A DNA stretch of 64,000 nt, taken from positions 31,996 through 95,995 of the forward strand of contig JAHLVW010000047.1 of assembly GCA_019058275.1 (NCBI GenBank). The letters run 5' to 3'. Shown piece after piece: positions 48,223 through 57,406 of the stretch; within the stretch, counting starts at the first letter, position 1, and every line of letters begins with the position of its first letter. A program made the position numbers and the translations under genes. The stretch comes from Candidatus Heimdallarchaeota archaeon (GTDB taxonomy: Archaea; Asgardarchaeota; Heimdallarchaeia; JABLTI01). The notes below the pieces were generated by a model. That model was not told the DNA's origin. It made no database searches and saw nothing but the letters and a program-made list of their open reading frames with translations.

Positions 48223-48663
48223 TTGAGGAAGATTTTCTTGGCCATTCTGGAAGCAGGAGTAATGTTTGGTGGAATACCAGTAGTGAAAATTAACTACTAC
48301 AATGAAAGCACAACTGACTCTATGTTAACTGCTGGATTATTAGAAGCAATACAAGCATTTGCAGTAGAAATATTCAATGATGAAACTGAAATATTCAAAA
48401 TGAAAAAATATTCAATATTTTTACACAAGATGAAGTTAAAGAATAAACAAGAAGTTACTTTGTACTCAATCTGTGATAGCGTTGATAGACCAAGAACTGT
48501 TAAGGATAATATGAGAACACTAGCAGAGAAATTCTATAAACAATTTGAACAAGTCGACTTGGGATTATTAGCTCATTATGAATCATTTAAAGAAACGATG
48601 ACGAAAAGCTTGGGTGACCTTATATATCGACCTGAAGATAGACTCAAAAAAGTATTTTTGTGA
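48223..48663 (+). CDS. stand-alone longin-like domain protein
   Basis: GGIPVV, DSMLTAGLLEAIQAFAVEIF, F...F..VD....YESF Asgard-type longin pattern. Confidence 0.65.
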   Translation: MRKIFLAILEAGVMFGGIPVVKINYYNESTTDSMLTAGLLEAIQAFAVEIFNDETEIFKMKKYSIFLHKMKLKNKQEVTLYSICDSVDRPRTVKDNMRTLAEKFYKQFEQVDLGLLAHYESFKETMTKSLGDLIYRPEDRLKKVFL

Positions 48664-48774
48664 AAAGGAAAAATAAAGACTATTTTAAATATAAAGGTTA
48701 TTTTTCCAAGCAATTAGAGGGATATATAGAAAAAAATTAAAGTAGATGATAGTCCGAAACGAGTGTGGAAGAAA

Positions 48775-49140
48775 ATGGATAAAATAGTAGAATTACCAGG
48801 TCCAATCATAAAAATGAAACTTGCTTCAATGGACAACTTAGTAAGAATGGCTTTTTTCAGTATAGCAAGAAATAGTGGGTTAAATTTCTTACTCTATAAT
48901 GATAAGAGAACCAAGAAATGGCATATTGGTTTTCTAACTGGTGTAGCAGGATATTTCAGCTTAAGGGGATTACCAATGTACTTTTATGTTGAATTAGATG
49001 AAAAACCAGAAAAGCTGACATTTATCAAATATAGTTCAATAGATGGAGAAAAATGGTCCTATTGTGATTCAACAACAACAACAACAAAATGGTCCTTTTT
49101 GCCTATAATTGAATTAGCAGAAAAACCATCATTCTTTTAG
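48775..49140 (+). CDS. conserved archaeal hypothetical protein
   Basis: IKMKLASMDNLVR...FYVELDEKP..FIKY...LPIIEL..P.F resembles a small conserved archaeal family. Confidence 0.55.
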   Translation: MDKIVELPGPIIKMKLASMDNLVRMAFFSIARNSGLNFLLYNDKRTKKWHIGFLTGVAGYFSLRGLPMYFYVELDEKPEKLTFIKYSSIDGEKWSYCDSTTTTTKWSFLPIIELAEKPSFF

Positions 49141-49221
49141 AAAAAAGAATCGTAATAAATAGATGGAAATTTTGAAAAATAAAGTAGTTGTAATAAACAA
49201 GCACAAAGCTGAGGATACCTA

Positions 49222-50550
49222 ATGTTAGAAAACAATATCCTAACAAGTATAGCTATTATTGGGCATGTGGACCACGGAAAGTCAACTTTAATGGGTCACT
49301 TTCTATATGATATTGGAGCAGTTGATCCCAGAGTTATGAAGAAACATGAAACTGATGCTGAAGGTCTAGGTATGTCTTCTTGGAAATGGGCTTATGTTCT
49401 AGATGCTTTTCAAGAAGAAAAAGAAAAAGGAAAAACTATGGATATTGCTTTTAGACGATTTGAGATTAATGATAGAAATTTCGTTTTAATCGATAATCCT
49501 GGGCATAGAGATTTTACTAAACATACAATTGCAGGTTTAAGTACTGCTGATGCTTGCATTTTGGCTATAAGTGCTGGAAGAGGGGAACTAGAATCAGGTC
49601 TTGAACCAGGAGATGAACAAACTCCATCAGGTCAAACTCTTGAACATACATTAATTGCTTCTGTTTTAGGCATAAAGGATGTAATAGTTGCTGTAAACAA
49701 GATGGATGTTGCCAAATATTCTGAAGATAGATACAATGAGTGCAAACAAATTCTCATTGATTTCTTGAATCAAATTCAGAGTCCATGGATAAAAATGATA
49801 GATGAAATACCATTTATTCCAATTAGTGGTTTAAATGGAGATAATCTAATTGACTCAAGTGATAAGATGTCTTGGTATAAGGGTCCTACATTAAAAGAAG
49901 CAATTGAGAAAATTAGCATCCCAGAGGATTTATCTAATAAAACATTAAGGCTTGTTATGTATGATGCATATCAGGAACCTGGTATTGGTTTAGTTGGTTA
50001 TGGTCGAATAATTAGTGGGAAAATAAAGCTTAATGATAAGATAATTGTTTCACCCGGTAAAAGAACAGCTATAGTGAAAACAATTTGGGATGAAGAAGAG
50101 GAAATTAAAGAAGCATGTTCTGGAATGGACATTAATTTCTTATTAAAAGGAGAAGGTGAGGAAGACCTTAGGAGAGGAGCAGTCATCGGTCTAGCAAAAC
50201 AAGAACCACCTTCCAAACCAAAAATCCAGGCAAGACTTCTTTACCTTGGAACCCAACCATTAGTACTAGGAAATATCTCAATTCTGCATGCAGGATCAGA
50301 TCATGTAGAAGCAGAATTAGAATCAATTGTAAAAGTTCATAGAAAAAATAGTAAGTTCAAAAACACTCCCCGAGAGATTGATGGTAAAGCAATAATGATT
50401 TTCAATGAGGAAGTAGCAAGTGTGGTGCTACAAGTTAAAAGTCCTATTGTCACTGAAAAACAATCTGAAATACCAAAATTAGGAAGAATAATTCTTAGAA
50501 AGAAAGGTAGGGTCATAGGAGCAGCAATAGTTGAAGATATTTTAGATTAA
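49222..50550 (+). CDS. EF1A-family translational GTPase paralogue (eRF3/HBS1-like features)
   Basis: GHVDHGKST, EEKEKGKTMD, DNPGHRDF, NKMD, PISGLNGDN, LGRIILR; divergent domains II/III; no rpsJ neighbour. Confidence 0.8.
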   Translation: MLENNILTSIAIIGHVDHGKSTLMGHFLYDIGAVDPRVMKKHETDAEGLGMSSWKWAYVLDAFQEEKEKGKTMDIAFRRFEINDRNFVLIDNPGHRDFTKHTIAGLSTADACILAISAGRGELESGLEPGDEQTPSGQTLEHTLIASVLGIKDVIVAVNKMDVAKYSEDRYNECKQILIDFLNQIQSPWIKMIDEIPFIPISGLNGDNLIDSSDKMSWYKGPTLKEAIEKISIPEDLSNKTLRLVMYDAYQEPGIGLVGYGRIISGKIKLNDKIIVSPGKRTAIVKTIWDEEEEIKEACSGMDINFLLKGEGEEDLRRGAVIGLAKQEPPSKPKIQARLLYLGTQPLVLGNISILHAGSDHVEAELESIVKVHRKNSKFKNTPREIDGKAIMIFNEEVASVVLQVKSPIVTEKQSEIPKLGRIILRKKGRVIGAAIVEDILD

Positions 50551-50562
50551 GACATCTAAAGG

Positions 50563-51444
50563 ATGAGTTACATAGAAATGCTAGCTAAAAACTCTACAAA
50601 AGAACAAAAGGAATCTAATGTGGATTTACACATACACACAAAAGCATCAGATGGTACATTTTCTCCATCACAAGTTGTTAAAATTTCAGTGGAATTAAAA
50701 TTAAATGCTATAGCTATAACTGATCATGATACTATTAATGGTGTTTCTGAAGCATTAGAAGCAGCAGATGGTGAGGAGATAGAGGTTATTCCAGGTATAG
50801 AATTTAGCTCAGAAATTAATTTTAAAAGCATCCATATTGTTGGTCTCTATGTAAATCATCACAACAAAGAATTACTAGAATTAACTGATGAAATACAGAA
50901 TGCAAGAGAGAAACGTGCCAAGAAAATAATAGAAAAAGTCAACTCACTGAAAGTTGGTCCTAAAATATCCCTAGACGAAGTGAAAGAAATAGCAGATGGT
51001 CTAATAGGTAGACCTCATATTGGGGAAATTATGATTCAAAAAGGCTATGCAGAATCTATGAATGAGGTTTTTGAAAAATTCATTAAACGTGGAGCACCTT
51101 GCTATGTTCCAAGATTTAAATTTACACCATTTGAAGCAACAAAGTTCTTGAAAAGAATAAAAGCGATTCCAATCTTGGCTCATCCAGGATACATTTCTGA
51201 TAAAATAGATTTGAACGACTTCATTAAGAAATTAAAGAAAGTTGGTCTAGCAAGTATTGAAGTATACTACCCTTCGCATTCAGATAATCAAATAACCAAG
51301 TTTAAGAAACTAGCTAAGAAATATAAACTCCTTGAAAGTGGTGGTAGTGATTGCCATGGGAAAATAAATGAAGGTCCATTTATTGGTAGTTTAAAAATAC
51401 CATATTCTGTTTTACAAAAGATAAAGAAGAAATATAAAAAATAA
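50563..51444 (+). CDS. PHP domain phosphoesterase (TrpH/YciV, RNase AM-like)
   Basis: DLHIHTKASDG, ITDHD, GIEFS, GRPH, LAHPG, GGSDCHG. Confidence 0.92.
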   Translation: MSYIEMLAKNSTKEQKESNVDLHIHTKASDGTFSPSQVVKISVELKLNAIAITDHDTINGVSEALEAADGEEIEVIPGIEFSSEINFKSIHIVGLYVNHHNKELLELTDEIQNAREKRAKKIIEKVNSLKVGPKISLDEVKEIADGLIGRPHIGEIMIQKGYAESMNEVFEKFIKRGAPCYVPRFKFTPFEATKFLKRIKAIPILAHPGYISDKIDLNDFIKKLKKVGLASIEVYYPSHSDNQITKFKKLAKKYKLLESGGSDCHGKINEGPFIGSLKIPYSVLQKIKKKYKK

Positions 51445-51449
51445 TAATT

Positions 51450-52298
51450 CTAGACTAATCGTTTTCTTATTATAAATAGAATTTCATTGCCAGCATCAAT
51501 TACTCCAGGTTCATTTGATATACGTTTTTCTATTTGTAACAAATTTGACCAAGCTTCTTCATTCTCTTGGATTTCAAGTAAAAATTTAGAATTTGCTTGG
51601 GAAATACTATTTAGAGCCCTCATTTCAAGAAGTTCACAATTATGCTTACTTACAAATTCATCTAATTCCATACTTGTGAAAGCATAATAAGCTGGTTCAT
51701 TAGGATATTCCTCGAATTGTTTGTAATTTGTGTCTAAAAACTCCCAAATACCTGCTTCTGTTGCATTCACAAGATTATCAATATTATTTTTCTGATAAAG
51801 GGATTTTAGAAAATGTGTTTTATTCTTCACAGTGAAAATTATTGGAGCACCAACTTTTGTAACCCTAATAATTTCGCTAAATAATCTATTTCTATATTCA
51901 CAAGCAAAAGATAATGTTCCATGTATACAAATGGTAAGATCGAATGTATTATGATCAAATTGATCCAATTTTGTAATTTCATCTATCAAAGCATACTGAT
52001 CAATTTGCGCTGTTAGATTTAATTTTTCAAAACGTTCTCGAGTAAACTTCATTTGCTCTTCGGAAATACTGCCAATAATCACTCTTCTATTTAGTCGAGC
52101 AATCTTTTCTGAAAAAATTCCTGAGTCAATTCCAACATCTAATGTGAGACTATCTTCTGGAGGTAGGAAACTTAGAATATAACTCATAATAATCTCATTA
52201 TAAAGAATCCCAGCAGGGCTATTACCAAAATTATTGTGCCATCCTTCATCAATTCTTCTTTCCAGAAATTTTTTTAGTAAGTCTTTATTAAAAGCCAT
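51450..52298 (-). CDS. class I methyltransferase-fold protein with variant motif I
   Basis: TLDVGIDSG, ISEEQM, FDLTIC..GTLSF, EIIRVTK.GA; start placed at MAFNKD. Confidence 0.65.
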   Translation of the reverse strand: MAFNKDLLKKFLERRIDEGWHNNFGNSPAGILYNEIIMSYILSFLPPEDSLTLDVGIDSGIFSEKIARLNRRVIIGSISEEQMKFTRERFEKLNLTAQIDQYALIDEITKLDQFDHNTFDLTICIHGTLSFACEYRNRLFSEIIRVTKVGAPIIFTVKNKTHFLKSLYQKNNIDNLVNATEAGIWEFLDTNYKQFEEYPNEPAYYAFTSMELDEFVSKHNCELLEMRALNSISQANSKFLLEIQENEEAWSNLLQIEKRISNEPGVIDAGNEILFIIRKRLV

Positions 52299-52385
52299 TT
52301 TACATCCCAAGAAGAATCTTATATAACAATATACCATTACACTTAAAATTAGTTTGCTAACAGTATTAAAAAAGAGGTAAGCATT

Positions 52386-52916
52386 TTGGTTAAAAAAACA
52401 AAAAAAACTGTGAGAGCAAGACCATCAGTTGATGAATATTTTACAGCAATGGCGGAACTAGTATCCACTCGATCAACATGTATAAGAAGGCAGTTTGGAT
52501 CGGTAATAGTCCAAAACAATCATGTTATTTCTACAGGTTACAATGGTGCTCCAAAAGATATGCCTCACTGCATTGAGATAGGTTGTTTAAGAGATGAATT
52601 AAGAATTCCAAGTGGAACAAAACATGAAATCTGTCGAGGGGTTCATAGTGAACAGAATGCTATAATTCAATGTGCAATCCATGGAGAATCTACTCTTGGT
52701 GGAACCTTATATGTAACAGGCTATCCTTGCAAGATATGTGCTAAAATGATTATTAATGCCATGATAAAGAGAGTTGTCGTTTCAGGTCAATATTCTGACA
52801 CAGAAGGAATCGATTTGCTTAAGGAAGCAGGAATCGAAGTTTACGAGATGAAGAAACAAGCTAAAGATTTACTTGATGATGTTATTGATCTAAAAGAGTC
52901 ATGGCAAAGAGAGTAA
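52386..52916 (+). CDS. dCMP deaminase (ComEB family)
   Basis: RSTC.RR..G, ISTGYNGAP, HSEQNA, PCKIC. Confidence 0.93.
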   Translation: MVKKTKKTVRARPSVDEYFTAMAELVSTRSTCIRRQFGSVIVQNNHVISTGYNGAPKDMPHCIEIGCLRDELRIPSGTKHEICRGVHSEQNAIIQCAIHGESTLGGTLYVTGYPCKICAKMIINAMIKRVVVSGQYSDTEGIDLLKEAGIEVYEMKKQAKDLLDDVIDLKESWQRE

Positions 52917-52925
52917 TGTTAGTAA

Positions 52926-53330
52926 TTATCTAGGTAAAACCCCCTCAAGTTCCAAATGTTTCTTAGAGCGAACAAAAATAGTAGGAAGATTATGCTCTCT
53001 TAAAATTATTCTTAAACCAATATCGTTAGTTACTACAACACATTTATCCTTGTTTTCTATTGCATACTGGATAATTTTGTCATCTGTGTTTTTGATATCT
53101 TTTGGGTTATAAAAAACTAGATTTAGTGTTTCTATAAGTTTTTTAGCGAATAGTATTTGACGAGCTAAATTTGGTCTATTACTAAGCAACTCTAGCTCAT
53201 CTAAGCAAGCAGACAAAACAACAATTTCATGCTTTTGAGGAACAATACGCTCTATTTCAGATGAGAGATTAAATTTACTATCAGTTGCTAAAAGTAAAAT
53301 GTTAGTATCTAGTACAACTTCTAATGACAA
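52926..53330 (-). CDS. PIN domain protein (Fcf1/Utp24-like)
   Basis: VVLDTNIL, LDEL, TDDKII, VVTND..LR; conserved position after aIF2 gamma. Confidence 0.88.
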   Translation of the reverse strand: MSLEVVLDTNILLLATDSKFNLSSEIERIVPQKHEIVVLSACLDELELLSNRPNLARQILFAKKLIETLNLVFYNPKDIKNTDDKIIQYAIENKDKCVVVTNDIGLRIILREHNLPTIFVRSKKHLELEGVLPR

Positions 53331-53354
53331 AGATTTCCCTCTTGTGATTGATTT

Positions 53355-54740
53355 TCATTGAATTATACCAAAACCAATCAATCTAAATCTATTTGCAATT
53401 CTTCTGGATACTGCTACTCGAGTATCTTTTTCAGTTGATACATATCGTGTAAGTTTAACTGTAATGACATTGCCTTTTACTACACTTGTTATAACACCTA
53501 ATGTAATGGCAGTCCAGACATTCAACATTAACTGTTCACCAATAGCTAATTTGCTGACTTTCATCCTCTCTTCAACCCCTACAACAAAATCCATGAGGTT
53601 AACTTTTAACTTTAATTCTTCTAAAACTGAAGGTAATTTATCTGGTTTTCCTATAATATTACCAACAAGATTATCTGATCGTGTATAGGCTGGGTCAATG
53701 AATGTCCTTATAGACATCAATCCACCAGGTTTAGCTTCTTTCACTCTACCTAAAGTACCTGCATGAATACTAGAAATGGTGGTTTTAATTGGCTCATAGA
53801 GCTTATCTTTTCGTATACCAGGAACAATTTCAATTTCTTCTCCTTCTTTGAGAACACCTTGAATGATTGATCCTCCTAGAACTCCACCAAGTAGTTCTTC
53901 AGGGATTGTTCCAGGTTTATTTACTTCAAAAGATCGAGCTACGAACATACGAGGTTCTACTTTTTCATCTCTTTTTGGTGTTTTAATAACATCCTCTATA
54001 GTTTTGACTAAATAGTCAAGGTTTACTCCGTGAACAGCACTCATTGGGATTATTGGTGCACCCTCTGCAACAGTTCCTTTAACGAATATCTTAATATCAT
54101 TATAGCTTTTGATTGCTTCTTCTTCAGAAACAAGTTCAATCTTATTTTGAACAATTATGATATTCTTAATACCTACTGCATCCATAGCAGCAAGATGCTC
54201 TCGAGTTTGTGCTTGTGGACATTTTTCATTAGCAGCAATTACTAGAATAGCACCATCAAAAATAGCTGCGCCAGTAAGTAAAGTTGCCATTAACACTTCA
54301 TGGCCAGGAGCATCAACAAAAGAAATTCTTCGTTTAATTTTTGTCTCTTTACCACAAACAGGACATATTGCTTGTGTTGTCCATTTCTTGTCTTCAGGAC
54401 ATTTGGGGCAGTAAAGAATATCTGTATCTGCATAACCTAACCTAATTGTAATACCACGTTTCAATTCTTCAGAATGAGTATCTGGAAAAGTACCAGTAAG
54501 GGCTTTTACTAGGGTAGACTTTCCGTGATCGACGTGCCCAATTGTTCCAATATTAACTTCAGCTTGCTTACCTTCTGAATATTCAGAAGTTTCTTCTACC
54601 ACTTCCTTCTTTGCAGCTTTAGCTTTTGTGCTACTTTTAGCAGTGGTTTTCTTGCTAGCAGCACTACTGCTTGCTTCTGTTTTTTCTTGAGTTTTTGATT
54701 TGGAAATGGTTTCTTTGCTCAAAACTTTTCTATTCTCCAA
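53355..54740 (-). CDS. eif2g: translation initiation factor 2 gamma subunit
   Basis: QAEVNIGTIGHVDHGKST, EELKRGITIRLGYAD, Zn knuckle, DAPGHE, QNKIE, RFRLIGFG. Confidence 0.97.
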   Translation of the reverse strand: MENRKVLSKETISKSKTQEKTEASSSAASKKTTAKSSTKAKAAKKEVVEETSEYSEGKQAEVNIGTIGHVDHGKSTLVKALTGTFPDTHSEELKRGITIRLGYADTDILYCPKCPEDKKWTTQAICPVCGKETKIKRRISFVDAPGHEVLMATLLTGAAIFDGAILVIAANEKCPQAQTREHLAAMDAVGIKNIIIVQNKIELVSEEEAIKSYNDIKIFVKGTVAEGAPIIPMSAVHGVNLDYLVKTIEDVIKTPKRDEKVEPRMFVARSFEVNKPGTIPEELLGGVLGGSIIQGVLKEGEEIEIVPGIRKDKLYEPIKTTISSIHAGTLGRVKEAKPGGLMSIRTFIDPAYTRSDNLVGNIIGKPDKLPSVLEELKLKVNLMDFVVGVEERMKVSKLAIGEQLMLNVWTAITLGVITSVVKGNVITVKLTRYVSTEKDTRVAVSRRIANRFRLIGFGIIQ

Positions 54741-55113
54741 TAATTAATTCTTCTAGTTTCTTCTTTCCCATTTCGACGATTCGTATATTAATTTGATAGA
54801 TATCGTCGCTTATAGTATTTCCTCTAACTAGTTTTCTCTTCTTTAATCCTTTTTCTTTAATTCTGAATCCTTGTCCGCCAGTTGTTAATATTCTTTTTCT
54901 AATAGGACCTTCGAGATTACTTCTCATTGGAAAGCCATCTTTGTCACTTCCACCTGTAATCTTAAAGATGTATCCTGGAAAACCAATAGGACCACCCTCT
55001 ACTTCTTCACTAATTCTTTTACCAATTAGTAGTTTGGCTTTTGCTCCTTCGACTATTGTCTTATAGCTTTTGCCAGATTCTGGGTTTCCTATGTTTAGTT
55101 GGAATTTTGCCAA
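54730..55113 (-). CDS. rps6e: 30S ribosomal protein S6e
   Basis: LIGKRI, KITGGSDKDGFPM, RKLVRGN. Confidence 0.97.
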   Translation of the reverse strand: MAKFQLNIGNPESGKSYKTIVEGAKAKLLIGKRISEEVEGGPIGFPGYIFKITGGSDKDGFPMRSNLEGPIRKRILTTGGQGFRIKEKGLKKRKLVRGNTISDDIYQINIRIVEMGKKKLEELIIGE

Positions 55114-55260
55114 TTATGATTTCTCCTTGTGCTAATTTTTCGAGATGTTCAGTTTTTCTTACATCTTCTCTTATCACATGCTCGAAACGGTTAAAAAGGA
55201 TTTATATTTTTATTGATGGTTCTTTTTCAAGTTTTTTTCTTATAAAAATTTCGTTTACCA

Positions 55261-56205
55261 TTATTTTTTGTTATTTCCATTATTTGTGACTATTTTATCA
55301 ATTATTTTTGCATAATCGAAACTTTCACCAACGATTTCATTGATCTCTTTGTAATATTTCATAAGAACAATTGGTATAGCTTTTGTTGAAAATAATTCTT
55401 TTATAGCATTTATTCTATCTCTTAAAGCAGCAGCTCCCTCGTAATTTTCGTTATTTGTTTCCTCATTCATCATCATCTCAAGTTTTTTGATGACTCCATT
55501 TCCTTTATTTTCCAATTCAAAAATGAATTCTTTTACAAAGTGATTGTATTGCTTTTTATCCCATTTACTATTTTTACATGGAGCTATACATCGATTTATT
55601 TGATGTTTAAAACAAGATTGAGGATATCTTCCACCCGGTTTGATTGTATTTGGAGCATTACAAATAGGTATGATTAATAGAAATCCTTCCATAGCTAAAT
55701 CAATATCTGAAGCAATATTAAATGGTCCAAAAATAAAACTATCTGGTAAGAGAGCTTGGTAACTTGTTAAAATTCTAGGTACTTCTTCACCAAGCGTTAT
55801 TTCAATTAGTGGATACTTCCAATGTTGTTTGTTTACAATTGGTCTAAAAACAGAAATTAAGCATCCTTCAAGAGTTAATGCTTCATCCTCATTATCAGTT
55901 ATGATAAATTTAATTTCCTTAGTTTTACTTACAATTTTATTCTTCTTCTTTAGTTCTTGATTATAGATCAATGATGGTACAACTTCAAGATATCTTTCTG
56001 TGTAATCCCAAACGCCCATAGGTGCTTTCTTCAAACCATTCTCAAAAACAACTTTTTTGAAAACTTGATCCTTACCATCTCTAAAATGACTTGTAACCCT
56101 TTTCTTAAGATTAACTGATTTACCTATGTAGATGATTTCTTTTTTTTGATTTATAAAGAAATAAACTCCTGGTTCTTCAAGAATCCCATTTATCACATCT
56201 TTCAT
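55261..56205 (-). CDS. UvrC/Cho-like GIY-YIG nuclease with UVR domain
   Basis: PGVYFF..IIYIGKSVNLKKRV.SHF, EALTLE..LI..P..N, FGPF, C..PC, YEGAAALRD; lacks the RNase H and HhH domains. Confidence 0.85.
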   Translation of the reverse strand: MKDVINGILEEPGVYFFINQKKEIIYIGKSVNLKKRVTSHFRDGKDQVFKKVVFENGLKKAPMGVWDYTERYLEVVPSLIYNQELKKKNKIVSKTKEIKFIITDNEDEALTLEGCLISVFRPIVNKQHWKYPLIEITLGEEVPRILTSYQALLPDSFIFGPFNIASDIDLAMEGFLLIIPICNAPNTIKPGGRYPQSCFKHQINRCIAPCKNSKWDKKQYNHFVKEFIFELENKGNGVIKKLEMMMNEETNNENYEGAAALRDRINAIKELFSTKAIPIVLMKYYKEINEIVGESFDYAKIIDKIVTNNGNNKK

Positions 56206-56350
56206 TTAGGATTACACCATACGCATTAAACATCTGTTTTATTTTTATTATAAAAAGCTAATTAATATGAAACAAATAAAATTTTATTAGATGAAAAGAG
56301 CCTTTTATTTGGAAGCTATCTTTGAATGAATAACGTATTCTAAAAGAAAG

Positions 56351-57322
56351 GTGATAAAGCTGAACAAATACAAACCAGTTGATCCTCTAAAGTCTCCCAG
56401 ATTCTCTGGAGTTAAAACATTTATGCGATTACCTCATGAACAAATTTTAGAGAATATTGATTTTGCTATAATTGGAGTGCCTTCTGATGCAGGAGCTTCA
56501 TTTAGAACAGGACAAAGGGAAGGACCTGCAGCTATTAGAAAAGTATCAGCTTTACTACGTCACCATAATCCGATTCTAAACATCAACCCGTTCGATTATC
56601 TATCAGGTGTTGACTTTGGTGATTTACCAGTAGTTCCAGGTTATATTGAAGATACCTATAAACGAATCGAGGAAAGTCTTTTTCCAATAATTGATGCTGG
56701 AATTATTCCGATTTTATTGGGTGGTGATCACGCAATAACTTTACCAGAACTTAGAGCGTTAACTAAGAAACATGGACCAGTCGCTCTTATCCACTTTGAT
56801 GCGCATAGTGATACATCGGATGAATATTTTGGTCGTCCATTTAATCATGGAACACCTTTTGCGAGAGCTATTGAAGAGAAATTACTTCTTGTTGATCAAT
56901 CAATACAAGTTGGTTTGCGTGGGTCTATTTTTTCAAAAAATCACCTAGAAATCCCAAAAGCCATGGGATTTGATGTTGTGACAATGGAAGAAATGAACAA
57001 AATTGGAATAGATAAATTGATTCAACGAATAATTAGAAGAGTAGGCGATACCAAAGTTTTCCTTTCATTTGATATTGATTTTATTGATCCGGCTTTCGCA
57101 CCAGGAACAGGAACACCTGAAGTTGGTGGAGTAACAAGTAAAGAAACAATGAAACTAATTAGAGGGTTAAAAGATCTTAATTACATCGGATTTGATGTTG
57201 TAGAGGTTTTACCAGCATTTGATCCCTCAGAAATAACAGCTTTATTAGCAGCTAATATTGTATTTGAATTTATATCTATAATAGCATATAATAGAAGTAA
57301 TCAAAGCAAAGAGGAAAAATAG
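56351..57322 (+). CDS. speB: agmatinase / ureohydrolase
   Basis: GGDHAIT, HFDAHSD, HGTPF, SFDIDFIDP..APGTGTPEVGG, DVVEV. Confidence 0.9.
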   Translation: MIKLNKYKPVDPLKSPRFSGVKTFMRLPHEQILENIDFAIIGVPSDAGASFRTGQREGPAAIRKVSALLRHHNPILNINPFDYLSGVDFGDLPVVPGYIEDTYKRIEESLFPIIDAGIIPILLGGDHAITLPELRALTKKHGPVALIHFDAHSDTSDEYFGRPFNHGTPFARAIEEKLLLVDQSIQVGLRGSIFSKNHLEIPKAMGFDVVTMEEMNKIGIDKLIQRIIRRVGDTKVFLSFDIDFIDPAFAPGTGTPEVGGVTSKETMKLIRGLKDLNYIGFDVVEVLPAFDPSEITALLAANIVFEFISIIAYNRSNQSKEEK

Positions 57323-57406
57323 TATTTATTGCATTAGTAAATCAACTTCTCCAACAATTTTATTAAGAAGAGTTAACAATAAGTAGTATATAGGATGGGT
57401 TAACAA

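Noticed and set aside
49222-50550. Calling this gene canonical tuf
   Set aside because: Switch I GKT, DNPG, divergent C-terminal domains and missing rpsJ context suggest a paralogue
1238-55289. Many short ORFs antisense to or nested in long genes (e.g. 1419-1757, 3720-4085, 19310-19936, 33875-34408, 41302-41748, 43846-44205)
   Set aside because: Shadow frames of well-supported genes, with no motifs of their own
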